This document shows, piece after piece, positions 1 through 11,314 of a stretch of 54,330 bases of DNA. The stretch covers positions 1 through 54,330 of the IMG/VR virus record IMGVR_UViG_3300044846_004207, one strand, 5' to 3'. Source of the DNA: a virus (taxonomy: Duplodnaviria > Caudoviricetes). Numbering within the stretch: position 1 is the first letter of the stretch; the number at the start of each line of letters is the position of its first letter. The notes beneath the pieces were generated by a model, which ran no database searches, had not been told where the DNA came from, and was given only the letters and a program-made list of their open reading frames with translations. The position numbers and the translations under genes are program-made.

Positions 1-44
1 AAAGTAACAAAAGATAGAGCTGAACTTTATAAAACTTTAGTAAA

Positions 45-773
45 ATGATAAACATACCAATAACTAAAATTTTATTCTTGGATATTGAAACCGTTGGTGG
101 TTGCCCTGATTACGATTCTTGTGAAAGATTCAACCCCCAACTTGCAAAACAATATGATAACTATTTTGATTGGTTTCTAAAAAGATTTCCTGAAGACGAT
201 TACGTCACTTATAATTTGGAGGAGGAAATGCAAAAAAAGAGAGACGTTTATTCCAAACGATCGGCACTTGTTCCTGAATTTGCAAAAATTGTTTGTGTAT
301 CAATGGCTTTTGTTATGGAAAATGGTGAAATTAAAAAACAAACATTTTCAGGAGATGATGAAAAAGAACTTTTACTCCAAGTAAGAAATCTTCTTGATAG
401 ATGTCATAAGTTAGATTTTTATCTTTGTGGACACAATCTTAAAAACTTTGATATCCCGATGATGGCAAAAAGAATGATAATAAACGGAATTATGCCGAGT
501 AAGATACTTCCAGATTACAACACTAAACCTTGGGAAGTAAAAGCAATCGACACTAAAGAAGTTTGGCAGTATGGTTCTTATTCATCAATAGGTTCACTTG
601 ATTTGTTATGTTCTTGTTTAGATATCCCGACACCTAAAGATGGTGAAGTGAATGGTGGTATGGTTCACGAAGCATATTGGGGTCATAGTCGGTTAAGTGA
701 GATTGCAGAATATTGCGAAAAAGATGTGGAAGTATTAATTGAAACAATAAAAAAATTAAAAAATTTAATTTAA
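45..773 (+). CDS. Stand-alone PolB-related 3'-5' exonuclease (DEDDy)
   Basis: ExoI LDIET, ExoII GHNLKNFDIP, ExoIII YCEKDV motifs. Confidence 0.85.
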   Translation: MINIPITKILFLDIETVGGCPDYDSCERFNPQLAKQYDNYFDWFLKRFPEDDYVTYNLEEEMQKKRDVYSKRSALVPEFAKIVCVSMAFVMENGEIKKQTFSGDDEKELLLQVRNLLDRCHKLDFYLCGHNLKNFDIPMMAKRMIINGIMPSKILPDYNTKPWEVKAIDTKEVWQYGSYSSIGSLDLLCSCLDIPTPKDGEVNGGMVHEAYWGHSRLSEIAEYCEKDVEVLIETIKKLKNLI

Positions 774-775
774 AA

Positions 776-1378
776 ATGGAACAAAATTTAAATGAAATCA
801 GACAAAATCTTAAACTTATTAAAGATTTACAACAAAATATGAATGATTTTGATATGACAAACCCCGAATCAATATTTGAATCTTTAGGTTTGGATGAAAA
901 TGAATTTGCAAATATTTTTGAAGAGACAATTGGAAGTCAAAAAATTGATTTAAATTTTATTAATAATTCTGAATCAAAAAACCCAAGTTATGAGCATTTA
1001 TCAGATTCAGGTTTTGATTTAAGATCATCAGAAGAAATTTGGGTTCAAGCAAATGATAGAAAGTTAATTCCAACAGGATTAATATTGGATATTCCAGAAG
1101 GTTACGAAATTCAAGTTAGATCAAAAAGTGGGTTAGCATTAAAACAAGGATTGATGGTTTTAAACTCACCTGGCACTGTTGATAGTGGTTATTTAGGTGA
1201 GATTGGTGTAATTTTATTTAATACCACAAACGACAGAATTAAAATAGAAAAAGGACAAAAAATTGCACAAGCGGTTTTATGTCCAGTAATTTCAGGTAAA
1301 TGGGTTAATTTGGTACAGGTTACTCACATCAATGAAAAAGATAGAAACAATAACGGATTTGGAAGTACTGGATTATGA
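776..1378 (+). CDS. dut: Trimeric dUTPase with ~55 aa acidic N-terminal extension
   Basis: SGFDL, RSKSGL, GTVDSGYLGEI, KIAQ, RNNNGFGSTG motifs. Confidence 0.95.
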   Translation: MEQNLNEIRQNLKLIKDLQQNMNDFDMTNPESIFESLGLDENEFANIFEETIGSQKIDLNFINNSESKNPSYEHLSDSGFDLRSSEEIWVQANDRKLIPTGLILDIPEGYEIQVRSKSGLALKQGLMVLNSPGTVDSGYLGEIGVILFNTTNDRIKIEKGQKIAQAVLCPVISGKWVNLVQVTHINEKDRNNNGFGSTGL

Positions 1379-3012
1379 TAACAATTGGATTTTCAACAAG
1401 AAAAATAGATAACAACTTTGTTGATATGTTAAAGAAAACTTCAGGGGTACCTAACACTGAAGTTATTCCATTTGAAAATAACGGAGAGTATTCTTTAACT
1501 GAGGTTTATAATAAGATTTTAAATCAATCGTCAAACAATGTTGTTATTTTGTGTCACGATGATATATACTTTGATTCAAAAAATTGGGGACAAAAGATAT
1601 TAAATCATTTTAAAAGAAAAAACGATTACGGTATCTTAGGTTTGGCAGGTACAACTCATTTACCTAAGTCAGCCAAATGGTGGGAAGATTTTTCAAAAAT
1701 GAAAGGTATTGTCAACCACGAGAACAAAGGTAAAAAATGGGAATCCAAATATTCACCAAGCAAGGGAAATATTTTGGACGACGTGGTATTAGTAGATGGT
1801 TTATTTATTGTTGTCAATAAAAATAATATAATTCATAATTTTAACGAAGAGGTAAAAGGTTTTCATTTTTATGATGTAGATTTTTCTTTTAGAAATTTTA
1901 TGTCTAATGTTAAGATTGGTGTTATGTATGATGTTAGAGTAACACATAAATCGGTTGGGCAAACAAATGAACAGTGGGAAAAGAATAGAGAAGTATTTTC
2001 TAAAAAATATGAGGATGTTTTACCAGTTAAAGTTAAAAAAAATTTAACAATAGATTCACCATTAAAAGTACTACTTTCTTGTTTATTCTTTAAAAATTTT
2101 ACAGGTTCAGAAATGTATGTATACGAATTGGCAAAAGGATTAAAAAAATTAAATTGTGATGTTACCGTTTTATCTGACATCGATGGACAACTTTCAAAGT
2201 TAGCAAAACAACAAGGAATCAAAGTTTTATCATTTAACGAGGCACCCGGATTTAAAATGGGTGACGGTAAATGGGGATTTAACACTCCACAAGGCACACA
2301 AGTATCACAACCTAATGTGATGTATAAAGTAGGTGAGGTTAATTTTGATATAATCCATACCCAACATACACCAGTAACAAATCAAATATGTCAAATGTAT
2401 CCGAACATTGATAAATTATCGACAATACATTCTGAGGTAATTGAATTAGAAAATCCGGTGTTGAATGAATCAATAAAAAAATATATTTGTATCAGACCTG
2501 AAATACAAAATCACATAACAACAAATTTTAATATTGAAAAAGAAAAAACAGAAGTAATTTATAACCCAATTGATTGTGAAAGATTTAACACAAAAAACAC
2601 AAAAGATAATGGATATGTTTTATTTGTTGGGACAATCGATTACTTAAGAGAAAACACAATAAAAGATCTTGTTGAATATACTAAAACCATTGGTAAAGAA
2701 TTGTTTTTGGTAGGGGAGAATAAATCAAATTATTTAAATGATATTTTGATAAACAGTCACGTAAAATATTATAACTCAACAAATAAAGTTGAGGAGTTTG
2801 TAAAAAATTGTAGTGAGACGGCAGGGATATTACTTGGTAGAACTACTATTGAAGGGTGGTTGTGTGGTAAACCAGGTTGGATTTATAATGTTGATGAATC
2901 AGGTTATATTATGACCAAAGAAAAACACGGAGTACCTGAAGATGTTAGTAAGTTCAATTCTTTAGAAATTGCAAAAAAAATAAAAGAAGAATACATAAAA
3001 ATATTAGAATGA
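1375..3012 (+). CDS. Two-domain glycosyltransferase (N-terminal GT2-like, C-terminal GT4/GT-B-like)
   Basis: HDD and FHFYDVD in N-terminal half; TGSEMYVYELAKGL, VIYNPID and EGWLCGKP in C-terminal half. Confidence 0.8.
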   Translation: MITIGFSTRKIDNNFVDMLKKTSGVPNTEVIPFENNGEYSLTEVYNKILNQSSNNVVILCHDDIYFDSKNWGQKILNHFKRKNDYGILGLAGTTHLPKSAKWWEDFSKMKGIVNHENKGKKWESKYSPSKGNILDDVVLVDGLFIVVNKNNIIHNFNEEVKGFHFYDVDFSFRNFMSNVKIGVMYDVRVTHKSVGQTNEQWEKNREVFSKKYEDVLPVKVKKNLTIDSPLKVLLSCLFFKNFTGSEMYVYELAKGLKKLNCDVTVLSDIDGQLSKLAKQQGIKVLSFNEAPGFKMGDGKWGFNTPQGTQVSQPNVMYKVGEVNFDIIHTQHTPVTNQICQMYPNIDKLSTIHSEVIELENPVLNESIKKYICIRPEIQNHITTNFNIEKEKTEVIYNPIDCERFNTKNTKDNGYVLFVGTIDYLRENTIKDLVEYTKTIGKELFLVGENKSNYLNDILINSHVKYYNSTNKVEEFVKNCSETAGILLGRTTIEGWLCGKPGWIYNVDESGYIMTKEKHGVPEDVSKFNSLEIAKKIKEEYIKILE

Positions 3013-3740
3013 TAAAAATTGTAAGTTGTTTTTGGAATGCTGAGGACTACATTGAAAAATGTATTAAATCTGTATTAAATCAAAGTTTTACTGATTTTAA
3101 AATGTATCTTATTGATGATGTATCGACAGACGACACAAAACAAATTATCAAAGAATTAATAAAAAATGATGATAGATTTATTTTAATTGAAAACACGGAT
3201 AAAAAATTTAAATTAAAAAATTTAGATGATTTGTTAATGAATGAAGATGAGTTTCAAGACGAAGATATTGTTGTCGAATTAGACGGTGATGATTGGTTAT
3301 ATGACTCAAATGTTTTAACTTTAATTAATGAAAAATACACAAACAATAAAGATTTGTGGATTACAAATGGAAGTTTTGTTTATTCTTCGGGAGGGTTTGG
3401 GTTTTCTTCAAAAGTTAACACTTCGACAATAAGGACTGATACATTTTTTTTCTCTCACTTAAGAACTTGGAAAACACATTTATGGAGAAATATTGAGGAG
3501 GAATCTTTTATGGATGTTAATGGTGAGTACTTCAAATCGGGGGGTGACGTAGCATATTGTTTTCCTATGGTTGAAATGGCTGGTGAAAAACATTATGAAT
3601 ACATACCAAACATTTTATATGTTTACAACGAACAAAACCCAAGAAACGACCATAAATCAGGAAGTGGTTCTGGTAGTCCACACGAACAAGTAAGATGTTC
3701 CAATATTATTAGAAACATGCCAAAATATAAAACACTTTAA
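3009..3740 (+). CDS. Glycosyltransferase family 2
   Basis: NAEDYIEKCIKSVLNQ, IDDVSTD, LDGDDW. Confidence 0.9.
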   Translation: MIKIVSCFWNAEDYIEKCIKSVLNQSFTDFKMYLIDDVSTDDTKQIIKELIKNDDRFILIENTDKKFKLKNLDDLLMNEDEFQDEDIVVELDGDDWLYDSNVLTLINEKYTNNKDLWITNGSFVYSSGGFGFSSKVNTSTIRTDTFFFSHLRTWKTHLWRNIEEESFMDVNGEYFKSGGDVAYCFPMVEMAGEKHYEYIPNILYVYNEQNPRNDHKSGSGSGSPHEQVRCSNIIRNMPKYKTL

Positions 3741-3743
3741 AAA

Positions 3744-4556
3744 ATGTTTATCACATCACATTTAATGGGTGGTTTGGGTAATCAAATGTTCCAAATGTCA
3801 AAAGCTTTATCCGAAGGTTTTGAAAACAATATTGATGTAAAATTTAAACTTGAGTCTTACATACCAATGGAGGGAAACCAACCCTCTAAGTATAAAAGTA
3901 ATATTTTTAGAAATATAAAATTTGAGGATTACAAAGAAAATACTTTACAAATTTCAGAACCGAGTTGGTCATATAATGAACTGAATGTTTTTTATTACAC
4001 ACCTGTAAAATATTACGGATACTTCCAAAGTAGTAAAAACTTTAAATCTCAAGGAAAAAAAATTAAAGAAATTTTTTCACCAACAGATGATTTTATTGAT
4101 AAAATAAAAAATTTATACCCAAATATTTTTGAAAAAAATTCAGTTTCTATACACGTAAGAAGAGGTGATTACTTAAGTATTTCTAATATTCTACCAATAA
4201 TTGATAAATCATATATAGATGAAAGTTTAAAACAATTGGGTGAATACTCTAATATATTTATTTTTTCAAACGATAAGGTTTGGTGTAAAGAAAATCTAAA
4301 TTACCCTAACTCTACTGTTGTTGAAAATCTTGAAGATTATGAGGAACTGTGGGCAATTAGTTTGTGTAATCATAATATTATGTCTAACTCTTCATTTTCT
4401 TGGTGGGGTTCATATCTTAATAAAAATGATAATAAAAAAGTTTTTGTCCCGTCAATATGGTTTGGTGCAAATGGTGAAAAAAATTATCAGGACATATATG
4501 AAAAAGAATGGATAAAAATAAATGTAAATTTTAAAAATGGAAAACTTATTTACTAA
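3744..4556 (+). CDS. Alpha-1,2-fucosyltransferase-like (GT11)
   Basis: GGLGNQMFQ, GYFQS, HVRRGDY, NSSFSWW. Confidence 0.92.
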   Translation: MFITSHLMGGLGNQMFQMSKALSEGFENNIDVKFKLESYIPMEGNQPSKYKSNIFRNIKFEDYKENTLQISEPSWSYNELNVFYYTPVKYYGYFQSSKNFKSQGKKIKEIFSPTDDFIDKIKNLYPNIFEKNSVSIHVRRGDYLSISNILPIIDKSYIDESLKQLGEYSNIFIFSNDKVWCKENLNYPNSTVVENLEDYEELWAISLCNHNIMSNSSFSWWGSYLNKNDNKKVFVPSIWFGANGEKNYQDIYEKEWIKINVNFKNGKLIY

Positions 4557-5307
4557 AACATCAATTTCTGATGATGAAAAATTTAAAAAAATTTGTGAAG
4601 AATCAAGTAAAAATGAAAATTTATTTCAAAACTTTAAACGAAACCCTACGTTTACGGAAATATTAGAACATACCACATACGATCAAGGTTTAATGTATAT
4701 TGGTGAAATAGAAAAAAACCCTAAAATTGACTTGGAATTAATTGAAAAATTTAAAACTAATGACATTCAAGGTAACCCTTTTGTTTACGAATATAAGGAA
4801 CCATACGGATTAATATCACCGTCAACGTTAAGATATATTAAAATTTTAAATGATTTAATAAATCTTTTTGGTGATTTGACAAATTATTCTATAGTTGAAA
4901 TTGGTGTGGGTTACGGGGGACAATCCAAAATAATACAAGATCAATTTGAGGTTAAAGAATATAATTATATTGATTTACCCGAAGTATTGAACTTAACAAA
5001 AAAATATTTAGAAATTTTCAATTTTGAAAATTTAAACTTTTTAGATTTTAAAACCTTACCAAATAAAAAATATGATTTAATAATTTCAAATTACGCAATT
5101 ACTGAATGTTCCAAAGAAATACAAGACATTTATATCGAAAAAATTATTAATAATTCTAAACATTGTTACATTATAGGTAATGATATAGGTACCCATTTCA
5201 ATTTAAAAAATTACAATAAAAATGATTGGTTTGAGATATTACCTAAATCTAAATTTTTAGAAGAGTCTCCAAAAACTCATCAAAATAATTATCTTTTATA
5301 TTTTTAA
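4537..5307 (+). CDS. Putative sugar O-methyltransferase (class I SAM)
   Basis: VEIGVGYGG SAM-binding motif, IDLPE, DLIISNYAITE. Confidence 0.75.
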   Translation: MENLFTKTSISDDEKFKKICEESSKNENLFQNFKRNPTFTEILEHTTYDQGLMYIGEIEKNPKIDLELIEKFKTNDIQGNPFVYEYKEPYGLISPSTLRYIKILNDLINLFGDLTNYSIVEIGVGYGGQSKIIQDQFEVKEYNYIDLPEVLNLTKKYLEIFNFENLNFLDFKTLPNKKYDLIISNYAITECSKEIQDIYIEKIINNSKHCYIIGNDIGTHFNLKNYNKNDWFEILPKSKFLEESPKTHQNNYLLYF

Positions 5308-5310
5308 TTT

Positions 5311-6108
5311 ATGCTAAAATTTAATATGTTGAGTAGTGTATTTGAACACAACGGTTCATCTACAGTCAACCAAAAACCGTCTTTTTTTGAATGGGATTTT
5401 AAAAATAAAACGGGGGATATTGATTTTTATATTGATGGGGACATTCACAAGGCAATTTTAGAACGGAATAATGGTAGAAAAAAAATATTATGGACTTTAG
5501 AATCTCCTCATTTTAATAATGGTGTTTTTGATTATATAAAAAACAATTTAAACGTTGTTTTGGAAGTTTTTGAATTTATTTTTACTTATAACGAAGAATT
5601 TTTAAAGATTGATAAAAAATTCAACTTTGTACCCGCAATGGGTTCTTGGGTTAAAAATCCTCAACTAAAAAATAAAACAAAATTGATATCTATGGTAACT
5701 TCAAATAAAACCATTACTCCACAACAAAAGTACAGAGTCGATTTTGCAAATAGTAATAAAAATAAAATAGATATTTACGGTAGAGGATTCAAAGAAATTT
5801 TAAATAAAGAAGAAGGTTTAGAAGACTATATGTTTTCTGTGTGTATTGAAAATGCAACAACAGATACGTACTTTACTGAAAAAATATTGGACTGTTTTGC
5901 TTTAGGAACAATACCAATATACAAGGGTTCTAAAAATATTATTAATCATTTCGATGTCGGTGGAATTTTATTTTTAGATGACGTAGATTTGAAAGATATC
6001 AGTGAAAATTTATATATTTCTAAATATGAACATATTAAAAATAATTTTAATAAAGTAAAAAATTTAATTATTCCGGAGGACATCATATATAAAATAATAA
6101 AAAAATAA
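5311..6108 (+). CDS. Alpha-1,3/4-fucosyltransferase-like (GT10)
   Basis: YMFSVCIEN...YFTEKILDCFALGTIPIYKG matches the GT10 motif. Confidence 0.85.
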   Translation: MLKFNMLSSVFEHNGSSTVNQKPSFFEWDFKNKTGDIDFYIDGDIHKAILERNNGRKKILWTLESPHFNNGVFDYIKNNLNVVLEVFEFIFTYNEEFLKIDKKFNFVPAMGSWVKNPQLKNKTKLISMVTSNKTITPQQKYRVDFANSNKNKIDIYGRGFKEILNKEEGLEDYMFSVCIENATTDTYFTEKILDCFALGTIPIYKGSKNIINHFDVGGILFLDDVDLKDISENLYISKYEHIKNNFNKVKNLIIPEDIIYKIIKK

Positions 6109-6720
6109 ATGACAACAACTATAATAGCTAATTATTATAACTCAAAAGAGTTTTTAGATTTAACTAGTTCATTAGAAGATGATATTAATGTGATTATATA
6201 TAATAAATCAAGCGAAAATCTAACATCATTAAAGGATAATCACATAGTGATTAATAGTGAAAATATTGGTAGAGAGGGACACACTTATCTAACATATATA
6301 ATTGAAAATTACGAAAAATTATCAGATGTAAATGTTTTTATACAGGATGATTTTTATAACCACTTATTTAATATAGATTATTTTAAAAATAATTTTAATA
6401 ACAATAAAAATAACGATTTTTATCAATTCCCATGCTCTTGGAGAAAGGGATCAGAAGCTATACCATTTTCAAGAACAATTGTAGATGGGTATTTAGATTT
6501 AGGGTTTTTTAAGAATAATGACATTAAAAAATTTGCTGAGTTATTTAAGGTTGAGTTACCGCATGTTTACACTACTGAAACATGTGCGCATTTTTTAGTT
6601 TCTAGAAATAGAATATTAAGACATAATAAAGAAAAATATAAAAAAATTCTAGAATGGTTATTAAGTAACGAAATTAATGGTTATTTACTAGAACACACTT
6701 GGAAAATTTTATTTATGTAA
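6109..6720 (+). CDS. DUF3431-like protein (probable glycosyltransferase-related)
   Basis: NIGREGHTYLTYIIENY, F-x-Q-D-D, LEHTW. Confidence 0.7.
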   Translation: MTTTIIANYYNSKEFLDLTSSLEDDINVIIYNKSSENLTSLKDNHIVINSENIGREGHTYLTYIIENYEKLSDVNVFIQDDFYNHLFNIDYFKNNFNNNKNNDFYQFPCSWRKGSEAIPFSRTIVDGYLDLGFFKNNDIKKFAELFKVELPHVYTTETCAHFLVSRNRILRHNKEKYKKILEWLLSNEINGYLLEHTWKILFM

Positions 6721-6721
6721 T

Positions 6722-7813
6722 ATGTATGATTATCTAATAGTTGGGAGTGGTTTATATGGTGCTGTTTTTGCACACGAAATGAACAAAATAGGTAAAAAAT
6801 GTTTAGTTATCGAAAAAAGAAACCATATTGGTGGAAATTGTTTTACTGAAAAAAGAGATGGAATTAATATACATATGTATGGCGCACATATCTTTCATAC
6901 AAATGATTTAGAAATATGGAATTGGATAAATCAATTTACTGAATTTAATAATTATCAACACACCTTAAAAGTAAAATATGACGATAAATTATACTCATTT
7001 CCAATTAATTTATTAACGATGTATCAATTATTTGGTGTTATGTCACCAGAAGAAACCAAAAATAAACTTAATGAGTTAAAAATAAAAAATAAAAATAACG
7101 AAAATTTAGAAAATTGGGTTTTATCACAAGTTGGTAAAGAGATATATGAAATTTTCATAAAAGGATATACAACAAAACAGTGGAATAAAAATCCAATTGA
7201 TTTACCATCTTCAATAATAAAAAGAATACCTATAAGATTTAATTTTAATGATAATTATTTTTCAGATAAATATCAAGGAATACCAATTGATGGGTATACA
7301 AAAATTTTTGAAAAAATTTTTAATGGTATAGAAGTTAGAACAAATGTTGACTATTTTAAAAATAAAGAATATTTTGATTCTATATCAAAAACAATTGTTT
7401 TTACTGGTAAAATTGATGAGTTTTTTGATTATAAATTTGGTAGACTAGAATATAGGTCTTTGTTTTTTGAACATGAGAAATTATATATTGAAGATTTTCA
7501 AGGATGTTCAGTTATTAATTACACAGACATTAAAATTCCATACACTAGAATTTGTGAACACAAACATTTTGAAAACTCAAAATCTAATGTTACTTGGATA
7601 ACAAAAGAATACCCTAAAGATTATGTAGAATCAGACATACCCTATTATCCAATAAATGATGATAAGAATAATAAAATTTATCAAAAATACAAAGAATTAT
7701 CCAAATCATACCCAAATGTTATTTTTGGAGGTAGATTATCGGAATATAAATATTATGACATGCACCAAGTTATTGGTTCAGCGTTAAAAAAAGTAAAAAA
7801 CATAAAAAACTAA
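6722..7813 (+). CDS. glf: UDP-galactopyranose mutase
   Basis: GSGLYG FAD motif, HIGGNC, YGAHIFHT, GRLSEYKYYDMHQ. Confidence 0.97.
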   Translation: MYDYLIVGSGLYGAVFAHEMNKIGKKCLVIEKRNHIGGNCFTEKRDGINIHMYGAHIFHTNDLEIWNWINQFTEFNNYQHTLKVKYDDKLYSFPINLLTMYQLFGVMSPEETKNKLNELKIKNKNNENLENWVLSQVGKEIYEIFIKGYTTKQWNKNPIDLPSSIIKRIPIRFNFNDNYFSDKYQGIPIDGYTKIFEKIFNGIEVRTNVDYFKNKEYFDSISKTIVFTGKIDEFFDYKFGRLEYRSLFFEHEKLYIEDFQGCSVINYTDIKIPYTRICEHKHFENSKSNVTWITKEYPKDYVESDIPYYPINDDKNNKIYQKYKELSKSYPNVIFGGRLSEYKYYDMHQVIGSALKKVKNIKN

Positions 7814-8523
7814 TGAAAAAATATTTGGTAAACTATTCAGACAAAACACACAAAAATTCACAAATAGAAAATACAAATTCCGCATTATCTATTGGTGGGT
7901 TTGATAACGTATTTTCATTTAATTTACAGGATTTAGGAGATGAATTTATTTTTCAAAATAAAAATATAATGTCTCAACCAAGAGGTGCTGGTTATTGGAT
8001 GTGGAAGCCATTTGTAATTAAAAAAGCTTTAGAATTAATAAATGATAATGATATTCTAATGTATTCGGATTCTGGTATTTCATTTATAAAAAATATTGAT
8101 GAAATAGTTACTATTATGGATAACACAGATGAAAAATTATTGTTATTTGAGTTAGACGATATTCATCCAAATAAAAGGTGGACAAAACGTGATTGTTTTG
8201 TTTTAATGGGTTTGGATAACGAACCATATCTATCTCAGAATCAATTATTGGCTAGTTATATTTTGATGCGAAAAAACAAGTTTGTGATTAAATTCATTGA
8301 TGAATGGTTACATTATGCAAAAGACTACAGAGTAATTACAGATTCATCAAACGAATGTGGTTTACCTAACTATTTAGAATTTGTTGATCATAGACACGAT
8401 CAAAGTATTTTAAGCCTATTAGGTCGAAAGTATAAAATTAAAAACATCCCAGATGTTAGTCAATATGGGATTGGTAGGATGATTACGGGTCAAGTTTTTA
8501 ACCATCATAGAAATAGGAGTTAA
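7813..8523 (+). CDS. Putative glycosyltransferase-like protein
   Basis: RGAGYWMWKP, YSDSG, HRHDQSILS motifs; glycan cluster context. Confidence 0.6.
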   Translation: MKKYLVNYSDKTHKNSQIENTNSALSIGGFDNVFSFNLQDLGDEFIFQNKNIMSQPRGAGYWMWKPFVIKKALELINDNDILMYSDSGISFIKNIDEIVTIMDNTDEKLLLFELDDIHPNKRWTKRDCFVLMGLDNEPYLSQNQLLASYILMRKNKFVIKFIDEWLHYAKDYRVITDSSNECGLPNYLEFVDHRHDQSILSLLGRKYKIKNIPDVSQYGIGRMITGQVFNHHRNRS

Positions 8524-8524
8524 T

Positions 8525-9247
8525 ATGAAAATTAAATATGCAATTATGGGTTCAAATATGAACCCACTATATTATGACTTTTGGCCGATAATATCTAAGA
8601 CGTGGAAAGAAGTTTTTGATATTACGCCGGTTTTAGGTTTAATATGTGATGAAAATTCTGACATTATACAAGACAGTTATGGTTTAATTAAAAAATTTAA
8701 ATCTATTGATGGTATTGATGATGGGTTACAATCACAAATAGTAAGATTTTATTTACCTACATTATTAGATGACATTTCAATTACGTCTGATATTGATATG
8801 GTTCCATTATCAAAAAAATATTTTATTGATTACGTTAATTCTTTTGATGAAAATAAGTTTTATGTTATGACATCTGATAACCCAGAATGTCTTAGAAATC
8901 GTGAGTATCAAATGTGTTACAACATTGCAAAACCACAACTATTTAAAGATGTTTTAAAAATTGAGGAATCATGGGTTGATTTTGTTAATAAGTTAAAAAA
9001 TTTAGGGTTTGGGTGGACTACTGATCAACGTTATTTATATGATATGATAAATGCGTATGTAAACAAAGAAAACATAGTTTTATTGAATAGAGGTTTCAGC
9101 GGTTTCGCACATAATAGAATTGATAGAGCAATATGGCGTTATGATGTTAATGCTGTTAAAAATGGTGATTACATTGATTCGCATTTACTCAGACCGTATC
9201 AAGAACATAAAACAGAGATTAATAATTTAATTAATTTATTATATTAA
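8525..9247 (+). CDS. Putative GT-A fold glycosyltransferase
   Basis: SDID DxD motif, W-x-x-DQ motif, context. Confidence 0.5.
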   Translation: MKIKYAIMGSNMNPLYYDFWPIISKTWKEVFDITPVLGLICDENSDIIQDSYGLIKKFKSIDGIDDGLQSQIVRFYLPTLLDDISITSDIDMVPLSKKYFIDYVNSFDENKFYVMTSDNPECLRNREYQMCYNIAKPQLFKDVLKIEESWVDFVNKLKNLGFGWTTDQRYLYDMINAYVNKENIVLLNRGFSGFAHNRIDRAIWRYDVNAVKNGDYIDSHLLRPYQEHKTEINNLINLLY

Positions 9248-10011
9248 TGGAGCTAATAACTGGAAATAAATTTAAAAGAAGTTGTCATTACTCATATGAT
9301 GAATTTGGTTTTGTTGTACAATCTGAACCAAGAGAGAATGAAATTTTAAAAGTATTTGTTAAAATTGACTACGTTCATAAATTTTTTATGAATCCACCGT
9401 CTATACCTTTTATATTAGTAACCCACAATGGTGACTTACCGGTTGATGGTAATTATTTACAGTATATGGATAATCCAAATTTAATAAAATGGTACGGACA
9501 AAATATTATGGTAATTCACCCAAAATTGCAATCGATACCAATAGGAATTGCAAATGAAAAATGGGATCATGGTAATGAATCGATATTTTTTGATGTTATG
9601 AATCAAAAAATTAAAAAAGAACGATTACTTTACGTTAATTTTGATATTAACACAAACAGAAATGAACGCAATTACTGTATATCAGAATTGAACAAAAAAG
9701 GTTTACAAATGGGCAGTAAGTTACCATTTAAACAATATTTAGAAGAAGTTGCAAAAAGTTATTTTGTCGTTTCACCAAATGGTAATGGTGTAGATTGTCA
9801 TAAAACATGGGAAGCTTTGTATTTAAAAACAATTCCTATCGTAACAAAATCAATTAATGTCGACTATTATAAAAAATTACCTATAATTGTAATAGATAAT
9901 TGGTTAAACTTTGATTTTAACATGTTTAATATTGATTTATATGAAAAAACATGGAAAAATTTTAATATAAATAATTTATGTTTTAAAAAACATGAAAAGT
10001 TAATAAAATAG
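9247..10011 (+). CDS. Exostosin/GT47-like glycosyltransferase
   Basis: SPNGNGVDCHKTWEALYLKTIPIV. Confidence 0.75.
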   Translation: MELITGNKFKRSCHYSYDEFGFVVQSEPRENEILKVFVKIDYVHKFFMNPPSIPFILVTHNGDLPVDGNYLQYMDNPNLIKWYGQNIMVIHPKLQSIPIGIANEKWDHGNESIFFDVMNQKIKKERLLYVNFDINTNRNERNYCISELNKKGLQMGSKLPFKQYLEEVAKSYFVVSPNGNGVDCHKTWEALYLKTIPIVTKSINVDYYKKLPIIVIDNWLNFDFNMFNIDLYEKTWKNFNINNLCFKKHEKLIK

Positions 10012-10017
10012 TGTATA

Positions 10018-10662
10018 ATGATTAATTTGTATTATAATTATTATCGTTCAGATAACGAAAAAAGAATGAAAGAATTAGATTTTTGTTTGCTAAAAACAAT
10101 AGAAAATAAATTTATAGACAATGTTTTTGTAATCATTTCTAAATCTGATTTACTTAACTTTAAATTAGATAATAAAAAAATAACTATTGTTGAAATAGAA
10201 AACAGACCAACGTATAACTTTGTAATCGAATTAATCAATAAAACAACAAATAATGAAGATATAAATGTTATCATAAATTCAGATTGCTTTATTGATGAAT
10301 CAACAACAAATCTAATACAAAAAATAAACATTGATGAAATGTGGTGTATGAACAAATATGACATTATTGACGATTACTTTAATTTAAAATTTCATGGAGA
10401 TTCATCCTCACAAGACTGTTGGATTTTTAAAGGATTTTCAAAAAAAATAGAAAACATAAACTTTAATTTTGGTACGCCTGGTTGTGATAATAGGTTTGCA
10501 CATGAATCTAAATCTGCTGGTTATACTTTAAAAAACCCATCAATAGATATAAAAATATTACATTATCATTTAAGTCAAATAAGAACTTGTCCACATATTG
10601 ATTGGGATAAGCACAGAATAAATGGTGATTATGAATTTGTGACACCAGAAAAAATACTTTGA
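10018..10662 (+). CDS. Putative glycosyltransferase-like protein
   Basis: NSD, SQDCWIF, GTPGCDNR, ILHYH motifs; context. Confidence 0.55.
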   Translation: MINLYYNYYRSDNEKRMKELDFCLLKTIENKFIDNVFVIISKSDLLNFKLDNKKITIVEIENRPTYNFVIELINKTTNNEDINVIINSDCFIDESTTNLIQKINIDEMWCMNKYDIIDDYFNLKFHGDSSSQDCWIFKGFSKKIENINFNFGTPGCDNRFAHESKSAGYTLKNPSIDIKILHYHLSQIRTCPHIDWDKHRINGDYEFVTPEKIL

Positions 10663-10669
10663 AAATAAC

Positions 10670-11314
10670 ATGAAAATTATTACATTTTATTCGGATTCTC
10701 ATTATGAGATGTATAATGATTATTTTTTATCTTCATACAATAAACATTTATCAGAACATAAATTAATAGCAAAAAAAATAGAACAGGTATCTCCAACTGG
10801 AGAATATGAATCTACCGGTTTTGACTATGCTATGCTTGAAAAAATAAATTTAATAATTGAAAATATTGATGTAAATGATGGAACCCCATTTGTTTATTCA
10901 GATTGCGACATACAATTTTTTGGTAATATTGATGTTGATATGGGTGATAACGACATTTTATTTCAAAATGATTTTAATAGTTACTGTGCAGGTTTTTTTA
11001 TTGCTAAACAAAGTAAAAAAGTTTTAGATTTTTTTATTGATGTTAAAGAAAGGTTTATCAAATCTATGAACGGTAAAATACATGATCAAGTTGTTATTAA
11101 TCTTATGTTTTCAGAGGGATATAATAAGATAAAAAAAGACTTATTACCTAATAATAAATTTTGGACGGTTGCTTTTTTAACGAATGGTCATCATTGGAAC
11201 GGACAAGATGTAAACGTTCCAAAAGAAATAGTGATGCATCATGCCAATTTTACTATTGGTATTAAAAATAAACTTAACCTATTGAAATTAGTGAAAGAAA
11301 AAAATGGAAAATAA
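10670..11314 (+). CDS. Nucleotide-diphospho-sugar transferase (GT77-like)
   Basis: SDCD, CAGFF, HDQ, HHAN motifs. Confidence 0.7.
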   Translation: MKIITFYSDSHYEMYNDYFLSSYNKHLSEHKLIAKKIEQVSPTGEYESTGFDYAMLEKINLIIENIDVNDGTPFVYSDCDIQFFGNIDVDMGDNDILFQNDFNSYCAGFFIAKQSKKVLDFFIDVKERFIKSMNGKIHDQVVINLMFSEGYNKIKKDLLPNNKFWTVAFLTNGHHWNGQDVNVPKEIVMHHANFTIGIKNKLNLLKLVKEKNGK